The notes under the pieces: model-generated
Told to the model about the DNA's origin: nothing
Databases searched by the model: none
What the model saw: the letters and a program-made list of their open reading frames with translations, nothing else
IMG/VR virus record: IMGVR_UViG_3300049846_001081
DNA: 64,000 bases
Reading direction: 5' to 3' (one strand)
Source: a virus
Lineage: Duplodnaviria; Caudoviricetes
Shown: piece after piece, positions 39,179-48,138 of the stretch
Layout of the letters: each line of letters starts with the position of its first letter
Numbering within the stretch: the stretch's first letter is position 1
Position numbers and translations under genes: made by a program

Positions 39179-41323
39179 ATGGCAATAAACTTTCCTGATA
39201 GTCCATCGTTAAATGAAATCTTTGCTGATGCCACTACTGGATTCACATATCAGTGGAATGGAACTGTTTGGGTAAATTATAATGTTTCTACGCCTGCAAA
39301 GATACAAGAACTTGATGATATTAGTGGATCATTTAATGGTTCAACACAAACTTTTTCATTAACAGTATCAAGTGGTGCAGTCACTCCAGTAAAGCCAGAT
39401 CAATTAATCATCAATATCGGTGGTGTTGCACAGAATCCAGGTGTTGACTATACATTATCAGGAAGTAATATTACCTTTACAACTGCACCCACAGCAGGAT
39501 TAAGTTTTTATGGTGTATTGTTAGGTGGATCAACAAGTATTACTTCAGTAGAATCAGGGACAGTAAGACCAGATTCATTTACAACTGGTGGTCCTACATG
39601 GAATACTGGTGGAGATTTAAAAGTTACTGGTGTTACAACGATTGCAAACACTGGTTCTGCAAGTACAGCACTTTATGTTTCAGGAAATGCTAGAATTACT
39701 GGAATTGTAACTGTTGGATCATCAAGTATTACAATTGATGGATCAAATAATTCAATTAAGGTAGGGACTGGTGCAACATTAAATGCATCAGGAATTACTG
39801 TTGGTATTATTACTGGTAAGTTCTATGGTAATGGTAGTGGATTATCAAATGTAGGTGTAGGTACAACAGGAAGTATTAATACATCTGGTATTGTTACTGC
39901 ATCAAGTTTTTATGGTGATGGTTCAGGACTTACAAATCTTGGTGGACCATTATCTGTTTTAACTTATCAACCAAGTATTGGTGCAACAAATATTGATTTA
40001 AATCCAACCATTGTCCTTACATTCAATAAACCAATTAAAGCAAACACAGGTACAATTACCTTAAGAACTGGTAGTGCATCCGGTGCAATTATAGAGAGTT
40101 ATTCCGTTGGTACAGGTTCTTCAGTAACAATTAGTGGCGGTGTTTTAACAATTACACCTACAGTAACTTTAGGCGTAGGAGTTACTCATTACTTGGTTAT
40201 CCCATCTGGTGCTTATAAAGATGATTTTGAAAGTTCTTCAAATTCTTTAATTGATAATTATTATTTTAAAACCGTAGATTCAGTATATCAGTTGTTTGCA
40301 TGGGGAACTGATGGTCAAGGACAGTTGGGTCAAAATAATGCAGGAAATCGTTCATCACCAATTCAAATTCCGGGAACACAATGGTCTAAAGTTACTGCAT
40401 ATTATCATGTCACAGCAACAAAAACTGATGGAACTTTATGGACTTGGGCACAAAATAGTAATGGCCAATTGGGACAAAATGATGTACAAAGGAGGTCATC
40501 ACCAACACAAGTTCCAGGAACCCAATGGAATGCTATTAGTGCGGGATATACGCATACTTTTGCAACCAAAACAGATGGTACTTTATGGGTATGGGGAAGA
40601 AATAATGTTGGAGAATTAGGAAAAAATAATAAAACATATTATTCATCACCAGTTCAAATTCCAGGAACACAGTGGAATAATATATCTGCTTCAATATTTT
40701 ATTCATTAGCAACTAAAACTGATGGAACTCTATGGGCATGGGGTTCGTCTGGTAGTGGTCAATTGGCACAAAATAATGTAACATATTATTCATCACCAGT
40801 TCAAATTCCAGGAACACAATGGAATAAACCTTTTACTGGATATGTATGGTCAGGAGCAACCAAAACAGATGGTACTTTATGGGCATGGGGTTATAATCCA
40901 ACAGGTGTCGCAGGTCAAAATGATAGAATAGATTATTCATCACCAAGACAAGTTCCAGGAACACAATGGAACAATGTTTCAGCAGGATATTATCATGTCT
41001 TAGCAACAAAAACTGACGGAACCTTGTGGGCATGGGGTAGTGAGGGTGATGGATCTGTTGGTCAAAATAATAATGTAAGATACTCATCACCAGTTCAAAT
41101 TCCAGGAACATCATGGGTATTAACTGATGATAGTGGTAGTGGATATACTTCTTTAGCAAGAAAAACTGATGGAACCTTATGGGCATGGGGTAAAAATGGT
41201 TCAGGACAATTGAGCACAAATGATGGAGTAGCACGTTCATCACCAACACAAATTCCAGGAACACAATGGAATGCAACTTCTCAAGGATACGCAAGTTGTT
41301 TTGTAATCAAGTCGCCAATATAA
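39179..41323 (+). CDS. Fibre-Ig-RCC1 propeller protein, type B
   Basis: MAINFPDSP N-terminus, Ig domain, seven blades. Confidence 0.85.
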   Translation: MAINFPDSPSLNEIFADATTGFTYQWNGTVWVNYNVSTPAKIQELDDISGSFNGSTQTFSLTVSSGAVTPVKPDQLIINIGGVAQNPGVDYTLSGSNITFTTAPTAGLSFYGVLLGGSTSITSVESGTVRPDSFTTGGPTWNTGGDLKVTGVTTIANTGSASTALYVSGNARITGIVTVGSSSITIDGSNNSIKVGTGATLNASGITVGIITGKFYGNGSGLSNVGVGTTGSINTSGIVTASSFYGDGSGLTNLGGPLSVLTYQPSIGATNIDLNPTIVLTFNKPIKANTGTITLRTGSASGAIIESYSVGTGSSVTISGGVLTITPTVTLGVGVTHYLVIPSGAYKDDFESSSNSLIDNYYFKTVDSVYQLFAWGTDGQGQLGQNNAGNRSSPIQIPGTQWSKVTAYYHVTATKTDGTLWTWAQNSNGQLGQNDVQRRSSPTQVPGTQWNAISAGYTHTFATKTDGTLWVWGRNNVGELGKNNKTYYSSPVQIPGTQWNNISASIFYSLATKTDGTLWAWGSSGSGQLAQNNVTYYSSPVQIPGTQWNKPFTGYVWSGATKTDGTLWAWGYNPTGVAGQNDRIDYSSPRQVPGTQWNNVSAGYYHVLATKTDGTLWAWGSEGDGSVGQNNNVRYSSPVQIPGTSWVLTDDSGSGYTSLARKTDGTLWAWGKNGSGQLSTNDGVARSSPTQIPGTQWNATSQGYASCFVIKSPI

Positions 41324-41326
41324 ATA
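41319..41326 (+). promoter_or_regulatory. Late promoter
   Basis: TATAAATA followed by CTTAAAAAAC, a variant of the array element. Confidence 0.75.
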
Positions 41327-41340
41327 CTTAAAAAACAACA

Positions 41341-41676
41341 ATGACCGTACCTGCAGTCAATATTATAATTGAAAAAGGAACTGATTTTGAAGCAATATAT
41401 AATGTCACAAATAATGATAGTTCTGTTTATTCACTAACAAATCAAACAGCGACTGCAAAGATTCGTAAGCACCCTACCGCAACTTCATCTAAATCATTTA
41501 CAACAACAATTACAGTGGCAACTGGTGAAATTAAGATTTCAATGGGTTCAACTGTAACTGCAGATTTGACTGCTGGTAGAAATTATTATGATGTGATTCT
41601 TACACATGCAACAACTGGTAAAAAAGTAAAAATCTTTGAAGGAACAGCACTCGTTCACGACACGGTATCTGTATGA
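41341..41676 (+). CDS. Small virion structural protein (all-beta, 111 aa)
   Basis: NIIIEKGTDF..ATAKIRK..LTAGRNYYDVIL..KIFEG pattern typical of myovirus tail/baseplate adaptors; late promoter. Confidence 0.6.
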   Translation: MTVPAVNIIIEKGTDFEAIYNVTNNDSSVYSLTNQTATAKIRKHPTATSSKSFTTTITVATGEIKISMGSTVTADLTAGRNYYDVILTHATTGKKVKIFEGTALVHDTVSV

Positions 41677-41987
41677 CTTACAAAGTATCTGTTTCAAATA
41701 ACAGTTATTCAGTTAAGCAAGCATCTTCTCCACAATTTAAGGTATCGGCAATTCTAGGATCAGGAGCATCAGAAGTGGCAAATCTATCAGACCTAGATGA
41801 CGTAAACGTATCTGGAGTTCAGAATGGATATGTTCTGACTTATAATGCATCTACCGGACAGTTTGTAACAGTTGATCCGGATACAGTTCTTTCAAATGCT
41901 GTCACTGGTGGACTACCAACTGACTTTGTTGATAAACTAGATGTAGACCTTGATGATAAGATTGATTTAGATGCAGGGGGTTTCTAA
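41673..41987 (+). CDS. Small structural protein (104 aa)
   Basis: LSDLDDV..GYVLTYN fibre-associated motif; ends in LDAGGF. Confidence 0.55.
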   Translation: MTYKVSVSNNSYSVKQASSPQFKVSAILGSGASEVANLSDLDDVNVSGVQNGYVLTYNASTGQFVTVDPDTVLSNAVTGGLPTDFVDKLDVDLDDKIDLDAGGF

Positions 41988-41991
41988 ATCA

Positions 41992-41998
41992 ATAAATA
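41992..41998 (+). promoter_or_regulatory. Late promoter
   Basis: ATAAATA upstream of the fibre gene at 42021. Confidence 0.65.
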
Positions 41999-42020
41999 AT
42001 AAAAAAGTGTATAAAGAAAG

Positions 42021-44120
42021 ATGGCAGCTCCTGTTTTACAGTTTAAGAGAGGTCTTCTTGCTAATCTCCCTGGACTGAGGGTAGGTGAACCTGGATTTAC
42101 AACCGATTCTTACGACCTCTATGTTGGTATTGATAGTACCACAACTAATAATAAATTCTTTGGTTCACATAGATATTGGACTAAAGGAACTGCCTCTACA
42201 GGTAGCGGTGTAAACTTTGTAGAAGGTACAACAAACGGGACGCAGTATATTACCCTTAAGGGACCAGATAATTTATCAGGTATTACAACTTATACCTTCC
42301 CAGCAACTCCAACTGCTGATTACTTCCTAAAGACTAATGCAAGTGGTGACCTGTCCTGGGCAGCAGTCACATTAAATTCTTTTGCTGGTATTGTTACCTT
42401 TACTGATACTACAGATAATACATTAGGTAATGCAAATACTGGTTCCGTTCAGTTTGATGGTGGTGTTGGTATTGAAAAGAATCTAACAGTTGGTGGTAAT
42501 CTTAACGTTCAAGGGTATTCAGAGTTTGTAGGAGTTGCTACATTCAAGGGTGGTACAATCAACCTTGGTGATAGCACTGGTGATGATATCAATGTTGGTG
42601 GTGAATTCGTTTCTGGTTTATTCCCTAACACCACTGCAACCTACGATCTTGGTGATGGATCAAGACAGTGGAGACACGGTAACTTCTCTGGTATTGTAAC
42701 TGCATCAGCTGGCGCTGTTATTGATGCTCTCCGTATTGGTATTACCGCAACTAATGAAATTGATACTTCAAGTGGTGCTTTAATTTTAGATTCTGCTTCT
42801 GGTCAAACAACAATTGATGACAATCTTTCTGTTACTGGTATTGCAACGGTAACAGGTGCATTTGTCGCAAATGGAAACGTAACTCTTGGTGATGCCGCTG
42901 GCGATACAGTTACTGTGAATGGAACTGCCACTTTTGGTCAAACGATCACTGGCACAATTTCAACTGCAACCAGAGCAACTTTAGTTGATACTACTTCAAC
43001 AACAACGAATGCATCATATTATGTTCCTTTTGTTGATACACTTGGTGGAGAAAATGGAGAAACTCTACGTGTCGGCATTGGATTATCTATCAATCCTTCA
43101 ACTGGTGCTGTTGGTGTTGCAAGTGTTTTGAGTGTTGGTACTGGAACAAATTCCTACATTAAAGCAGGTGGTGGTTCCAATGCAATGTTCATTTATTCAA
43201 ATGGAAACGTATCATTCCAAGGGACCATTGGTGCATCTCAAATTAATGGAGCAGCTGGTAATAAAGTTGTCGGACTTGCTGGAAGTGATGCATCTTTTGT
43301 AAATAACGTATCTATTGCTGGCATTGCTACCGTTGGAACTGGTGTTGGAATTACTCAATTCTCATCTTCAGTATCTACAGGAACATCAACTTCTTCTGTT
43401 CCAACATCATCGGCAGTTATCAATTATGTTGGAACTCAAATTGCAGCGGTTGATTTAACAACAGGTATTGCTGGTGATAGTGGAACTGGAACCGTCAATA
43501 CATCACAAACACTCACAGTTGCCGGTACTGCAGGAGAGATTGAAACTTCTGCATCAAGTCAAACAATTACTATTGGACTTCCAAATACTGTCATCGTTGG
43601 AACTGCATTAAGTGCCCCAACACTCTTAACAGCAACTTTACAACATCGTAATGGAACACAAGCTGCGACGATTGATACTTCTGGTAATATCACTGCATCA
43701 CAGAACTTAACTGTTACTGGAAACCTTTACGTTAATGGTTCCACAACACAGGTCAATACATCTTCAATGACTGTTGAAGATCGTACCATTGAACTTGGAC
43801 AAGTTGATGGTTCTGCTCCTTCATCAGCAACTACCTGGGATCTTGGAGTTCTATTTAACTACAACTCATCAGGTGCAAAGAAGTCTGGTGTTATTTGGGA
43901 ACACGCTAGTGGAAGATTTAAGTTTGGTTCTCAAGTCTCTGATGGTGGTGGAACTGACAATGATAGTCCACAGATTACAATCACAGATAATACTGGATAT
44001 GCATCAATTGAAATCAAGTCTCTGTGGATTAATGACTGTGCAGGGACTCATGAAGTTATTTCATGTTCTGGAACAACCAGATCTCTGAATGATATTACAA
44101 TTGACTGTGGTACTTTCTGA
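42021..44120 (+). CDS. Tail fibre protein (699 aa)
   Basis: LQFKRG..LRVGEPGFTTD N-terminal attachment motif; LYVNGSTTQVNT..VEDRTIELG module; ends in IDCGTF. Confidence 0.75.
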   Translation: MAAPVLQFKRGLLANLPGLRVGEPGFTTDSYDLYVGIDSTTTNNKFFGSHRYWTKGTASTGSGVNFVEGTTNGTQYITLKGPDNLSGITTYTFPATPTADYFLKTNASGDLSWAAVTLNSFAGIVTFTDTTDNTLGNANTGSVQFDGGVGIEKNLTVGGNLNVQGYSEFVGVATFKGGTINLGDSTGDDINVGGEFVSGLFPNTTATYDLGDGSRQWRHGNFSGIVTASAGAVIDALRIGITATNEIDTSSGALILDSASGQTTIDDNLSVTGIATVTGAFVANGNVTLGDAAGDTVTVNGTATFGQTITGTISTATRATLVDTTSTTTNASYYVPFVDTLGGENGETLRVGIGLSINPSTGAVGVASVLSVGTGTNSYIKAGGGSNAMFIYSNGNVSFQGTIGASQINGAAGNKVVGLAGSDASFVNNVSIAGIATVGTGVGITQFSSSVSTGTSTSSVPTSSAVINYVGTQIAAVDLTTGIAGDSGTGTVNTSQTLTVAGTAGEIETSASSQTITIGLPNTVIVGTALSAPTLLTATLQHRNGTQAATIDTSGNITASQNLTVTGNLYVNGSTTQVNTSSMTVEDRTIELGQVDGSAPSSATTWDLGVLFNYNSSGAKKSGVIWEHASGRFKFGSQVSDGGGTDNDSPQITITDNTGYASIEIKSLWINDCAGTHEVISCSGTTRSLNDITIDCGTF

Positions 44121-44141
44121 AATTGAATCTATAATCTAAAT

Positions 44142-44170
44142 AGAGGGAGTTTATATCTCCCTCTTTTTTT
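44142..44170 (+). terminator. Rho-independent terminator overlapped by a CTAAATA late promoter (44136-44142)
   Basis: AGAGGGAG-TTTATAT-CTCCCTCT followed by six T. Confidence 0.75.
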
Positions 44171-44338
44171 ATGACTGACGATGATCTGAAAGCAGTTCTT
44201 GCAAAATATCAACAGAAAGCATTTGAATTGTTCAATCAAAATATTGTTCTTGAGACGCAAGTAGAACAATTGAATAAAACAATTGAACAGTTACGAAAAC
44301 CAAAGAAAACATCAACCAAGGAAGAGGATTTCCAATAA
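44171..44338 (+). CDS. Small coiled-coil protein (55 aa)
   Basis: Manual translation MTDDDLKAVLAKYQQKAFELFNQNIVLETQVEQL...EEDFQ*. Confidence 0.65.
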   Translation: MTDDDLKAVLAKYQQKAFELFNQNIVLETQVEQLNKTIEQLRKPKKTSTKEEDFQ

Positions 44339-44393
44339 ATAATAAAAACTCTTATATAAGAGTTCTACGGTTTATACCATCATATGAGGTTGA

Positions 44394-46793
44394 ATGGCAA
44401 ATCCAATCATTAAGATTAAGAGATCGGCTGTTGCCGGTAAAATTCCCACGACGACAAGTTTGGAACTTGGGGAATTAGCCATTAACACATATGATGGTAA
44501 AGTTTATATTGAACAAGACCAAGGAGCTGTTGGCGTAGGAACTACGATCATAGTAGTTAATCCTTGGTCTGTAGGAACAGGAACAGATACATATAACACA
44601 TATTTTACTGCCGGTAATGTTGGTGTTGGAACCACAAATCCAGGATCAAAACTTACTATTAATGGTGCAGTACAAATACAACAAGATTCTGGTTCTAATA
44701 ATAGACTCATTTTTAGAGGACAACCTGGATCTTCTTATCGTTGGAATATTGATAACTATTCATCCTCCAATGAATTTAGAATTTTTAGAGAAGATGATGC
44801 TACTGCGGCAAATGGATTTGCTCCCTTTAGTATTAGCACTACAGGTACTTTAACTGCTAATAAATTTTCTGGTGATGGTTCATTACTAACTAATCTTCCT
44901 AGTAGCGGTGGTTCATCACAATGGGTTACAACATCAGTAGGTATTCATACACTTTCTAATGTTGGAATAGGAACCACAAATCCAACATCAAAACTTACTG
45001 TTTCTGGTAATGCTTCAATTACTGGTATACTTACAGCAGACCAAGTATACACATCAAATAATGGTAACGGACAAAATATAAGAATAGGTGATGATTTTTG
45101 GTTGGGTGATGTTAATGTAGCAGATACTACACGTTTTTCTGGTGCTCAAGATAGCACCAGAGCGTTTGTTATTTTTGGTAGTTCTGATGCTGTTGCATTG
45201 GGAAGAACTGGAACAGGTCCTTTATATTATGGGGGAAATTTTAATGTTGCGGGCGTAATTACAGCGTCAAGTTTCTCTGGCAATGCTTCAAGTGCTACTT
45301 ATGCGACTTCATCGGGAATAGCAACTTATGCTACAACAGCAGGAGTTTCTACATCAGTCATAGGTGGAATTGCATCTGTTACTTCTTTGAGTGTTTCTGG
45401 TTTTGCTACTGCAACTGAATTTGATATTTCTGGAAGTACAAATACCTTAAACGCTGGCGGACTTTCTGTTGGTTTTGGAACATTTAATGAGAATATTGCT
45501 GTATCCGGAGTTACTAGATCTCAACATCTTTTTATTACTGGTGTCTCTACATTCCAAGGCACTGTAAATTTAGGCGATGCTATTACAGACCAGATTATAT
45601 ACACTGGTAGAATAAACAGTGATATTATTCCACTATCCGATAATAATGTTGATGTAGGAACAACTTCAAATCGCTGGAGATCTGTTAACGTTGGTAGTCT
45701 TATCAGAACATCCAACTTACTAGTCACTGGAGTTACCACTGTAACTGGTATCACCACAACTCAACATCTGAGAGTTACTGGATTTACTACTGTTTCCAAT
45801 GCATCCATTACTGGTGTTGCAACTGTTGGATCTAACTTAGCAGTTGCTGGAGTTACAACAACTCAACACCTAAGAGTAACTGGATTTACTACTGTTTCCA
45901 ATGCATCCATTACTGGTGTTGCAACTGTTGGATCTAACTTAGCAGTTGCTGGAGTTACAACAACTCAACACCTTCAAATAACTGGCGTTTCAACTTTTGC
46001 AGGCATTGCTACACATACAGCATCCATTTTTGGAACTCAAGCAAATTTCAGCGGTATTGTTACTGCAACTGAATTTGATATTTCCGGAAGTACAAATACT
46101 TTAAATGCTGGTGGTCTCAATGTTGGTGTTGCTACCCTAGGCACTCTTACAGTAACTGGTGTCACTACAACTCAACACTTTAGAGCAACTGGTGTTTCCA
46201 CCGTAGTTAATTTGAATGCTACAGGAATTATCACCGCATCCAGTGGTATTCAAGGCATTGGAATTTATTCAGGTGGAACGTCAATATCCACCGGTATCAT
46301 TACTGCATTAAATTTTGTTGGATCTGGAAATACTTTTGCAGTTGTTGGGAATAGAGTTGATATTAGTATTTCTGGTGGTGGTTCACAAGTTAGTGTAAGT
46401 ACAGTTGCACCAACATCACCAACAGAAGGATCTTTATGGTACAACACAAATCTAGGAAGAACATTTGTATATTATGATGATGGATCATCACAACAATGGG
46501 TTGATGTTGCACCATTCAATCAGGGTGGAACAAATTCTACCGTCACAGTAAGTTCTTCTGCACCAACATCACCAGTTGAAGGACAACTTTGGTATAGCAC
46601 ACTGTTAGCAAGAACATTCATTTATTATAGTGATGGGACATCATCACAGTGGGTTGACGCGGCACCATTTAACACACAAACTGTCAATAAAACTCTAACG
46701 ATTGGGACAAGATCAACCGCAGGAACATTAACACTTGTTGGAACTGGATTAACAATTTCCCTTCGTTCAGGTGTTGGCACAGCGAGTTTCTAA
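44394..46793 (+). CDS. Tail fibre protein (799 aa) with internal repeats
   Basis: IKIKRS..LELGELAINTYDGK N-terminus; TTQHLxVTG repeats; duplicated C-terminal APTSP.EG.LWY...QWVD.APFN module. ATAAATA at 44335-44341. Confidence 0.8.
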   Translation: MANPIIKIKRSAVAGKIPTTTSLELGELAINTYDGKVYIEQDQGAVGVGTTIIVVNPWSVGTGTDTYNTYFTAGNVGVGTTNPGSKLTINGAVQIQQDSGSNNRLIFRGQPGSSYRWNIDNYSSSNEFRIFREDDATAANGFAPFSISTTGTLTANKFSGDGSLLTNLPSSGGSSQWVTTSVGIHTLSNVGIGTTNPTSKLTVSGNASITGILTADQVYTSNNGNGQNIRIGDDFWLGDVNVADTTRFSGAQDSTRAFVIFGSSDAVALGRTGTGPLYYGGNFNVAGVITASSFSGNASSATYATSSGIATYATTAGVSTSVIGGIASVTSLSVSGFATATEFDISGSTNTLNAGGLSVGFGTFNENIAVSGVTRSQHLFITGVSTFQGTVNLGDAITDQIIYTGRINSDIIPLSDNNVDVGTTSNRWRSVNVGSLIRTSNLLVTGVTTVTGITTTQHLRVTGFTTVSNASITGVATVGSNLAVAGVTTTQHLRVTGFTTVSNASITGVATVGSNLAVAGVTTTQHLQITGVSTFAGIATHTASIFGTQANFSGIVTATEFDISGSTNTLNAGGLNVGVATLGTLTVTGVTTTQHFRATGVSTVVNLNATGIITASSGIQGIGIYSGGTSISTGIITALNFVGSGNTFAVVGNRVDISISGGGSQVSVSTVAPTSPTEGSLWYNTNLGRTFVYYDDGSSQQWVDVAPFNQGGTNSTVTVSSSAPTSPVEGQLWYSTLLARTFIYYSDGTSSQWVDAAPFNTQTVNKTLTIGTRSTAGTLTLVGTGLTISLRSGVGTASF
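45777..45973 (+). repeat. 102-bp-period tandem duplication (34 codons)
   Basis: 45777-45871 is identical over 95 bp to 45879-45973. Confidence 0.9.
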
Positions 46794-46815
46794 ATACATT
46801 TAAGAGATAAGAACC

Positions 46816-47244
46816 ATGGCAAATAGATTTCCTCTCATTTTCAATTCATCAGCAAATCAAATTCAAGAATTAGCAGCATCTGATAATCTTGACTTGTCTT
46901 CAAGTGGAATTACAGGTGTTACAACAATTACTGCTACTTCTACAGTAACTGCTGCCGACTTTAATTCAACTTCTGATCAAAACTTAAAGGATAATATCAG
47001 AACAATTGAAAACGCACTTGATAAAGTTTCAAGTATCAATGGTGTATTGTTTGAATGGAAATCAACAGGTGATACTTCTGCAGGTGTAGTCGCACAAGAA
47101 GTTGAAAAGGTATTACCTGAAGTTGTTAAAGATATGGATGGAAAGACAGTAAATTATAACGGATTGATTGGATTATTGATTGAAGCTATCAAGGAACAAC
47201 AAGCACAAATAGAAGAACTTAAGTCACAAATCAACAACCAGTAG
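46816..47244 (+). CDS. Short protein consisting mostly of an S74-like intramolecular chaperone domain
   Basis: SDQNLKDNI..GVVAQEVE..VNYNGLIGLLIEAIKE; CTAAATA late promoter at 46790-46796. Confidence 0.85.
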   Translation: MANRFPLIFNSSANQIQELAASDNLDLSSSGITGVTTITATSTVTAADFNSTSDQNLKDNIRTIENALDKVSSINGVLFEWKSTGDTSAGVVAQEVEKVLPEVVKDMDGKTVNYNGLIGLLIEAIKEQQAQIEELKSQINNQ

Positions 47245-47300
47245 ACAGTTTAAGAACTGGCACACCATACCCCGAAACTGGGTTCTTGGCACCCTATAAT
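47244..47300 (+). promoter_or_regulatory. Early-type promoter with upstream dyad and no recognisable -35
   Basis: GACAGTT-TAAG-AACTGGC (47244-47261) and TATAAT (47295-47300). Confidence 0.55.
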
Positions 47301-47321
47301 AGTTGGAGACACACAAAACCG

Positions 47322-47426
47322 ATGCGGTTCTCCAACCTGGACAGATTGATTTTTGTCACATCCTTCCTAGTTTTTATGAACTGGGGTGTTAGAATCTGTA
47401 ACGTAGCAATCAATGCAGTATTCTGA
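47322..47426 (+). CDS. Small hydrophobic peptide (34 aa)
   Basis: MRFSNLDRLIFVTSFLVFMNWGVRICNVAINAVF*; TGATG overlap with the next gene. Confidence 0.5.
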   Translation: MRFSNLDRLIFVTSFLVFMNWGVRICNVAINAVF

Positions 47427-47881
47427 TGCTTACATTATACACCAGTGGGTACAACTATAGCAAGCGTAGGTGTGCTGATGCTGTAGACTGGTTCATTCAA
47501 AAGTATCTTCCCAAACACAAACTAGAAATCAACATCATTCATCGTGGATTAGCACGAGAAGGAGTTTATGGTTGGTGTACTGTTCTTGATTGTAACTATC
47601 GCCCTCGTGAGTTTGAGATTGAACTTCATAACCAAATGAACACTGACTTATACCTTCAGACCCTCTTTCATGAACTCTGGCACGTTTATCAACACGTTAT
47701 GGGTAATCTAAAGGATAAGCACGGCAAACGCCTCTGGAGGGGCATAGACTACACGCAGACGGACTATGAAGACCAACCATGGGAGATTGAAGCACGACAG
47801 ATGGAAGAACAACTCTACAATGAATACCTAGGAATCAATGACTTTGTTTATTCTTTCCCCAATCGCTTGACACAACCCTGA
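47426..47881 (+). CDS. HEXXH zinc metallopeptidase-like protein
   Basis: EFEIEL..TLFHELWHVYQH..PWEIEA motif. Confidence 0.7.
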   Translation: MLTLYTSGYNYSKRRCADAVDWFIQKYLPKHKLEINIIHRGLAREGVYGWCTVLDCNYRPREFEIELHNQMNTDLYLQTLFHELWHVYQHVMGNLKDKHGKRLWRGIDYTQTDYEDQPWEIEARQMEEQLYNEYLGINDFVYSFPNRLTQP

Positions 47882-47895
47882 TAACTCTGTACAAT
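47867..47895 (+). promoter_or_regulatory. Sigma70-like early promoter
   Basis: TTGACA-N17-TACAAT. Confidence 0.75.
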
Positions 47896-47919
47896 GACCT
47901 TTGTGGAGGTTGAAAAACT

Positions 47920-48138
47920 ATGATCTCAATGAAAACTCCTAAGACCAAGAAACAATTCGTAACCGTCACACCCCTAAGTTCCAAGGCAAAGAATCGCTTT
48001 GTGAATATTATGGATTCACTTCATTCTTGTGAGGTGGAGCAGGAAACTACGGATAAGTTCTTCTTAGTTTCTATCAATCGTCAATACTGCTTTTGGATTC
48101 AAAAAACTGGTAACGAACACTGGAAAATCGAGAAATGA
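47920..48138 (+). CDS. Hypothetical protein
   Basis: ORF track; downstream of promoter, GGAGG RBS. Confidence 0.65.
   Translation: MISMKTPKTKKQFVTVTPLSSKAKNRFVNIMDSLHSCEVEQETTDKFFLVSINRQYCFWIQKTGNEHWKIEK

Noticed and set aside
40833-41294. Minus-strand ORFs over propeller genes (this 153-aa ORF and similar ones at 13325, 14704, 15226, 21213, 32935, 33190, 35475, 38203 and 38680)
   Set aside because: Antisense shadows of the repeated coding sequence; they recur with the same pseudo-motifs (FHQF, SIVFLE) and lack RBS or promoter support.
12502-41323. CRISPR array suggested by regularly spaced DNA repeats
   Set aside because: The repeats have a ~150-bp period, stay in frame inside long ORFs and encode propeller blades; they are non-palindromic and no cas genes are present.
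12502-41323. Diversity-generating retroelement acting on the propellers
   Set aside because: No reverse transcriptase or avd gene in the window and no non-coding template repeat differing only at adenines was seen. An element elsewhere in the genome cannot be excluded.
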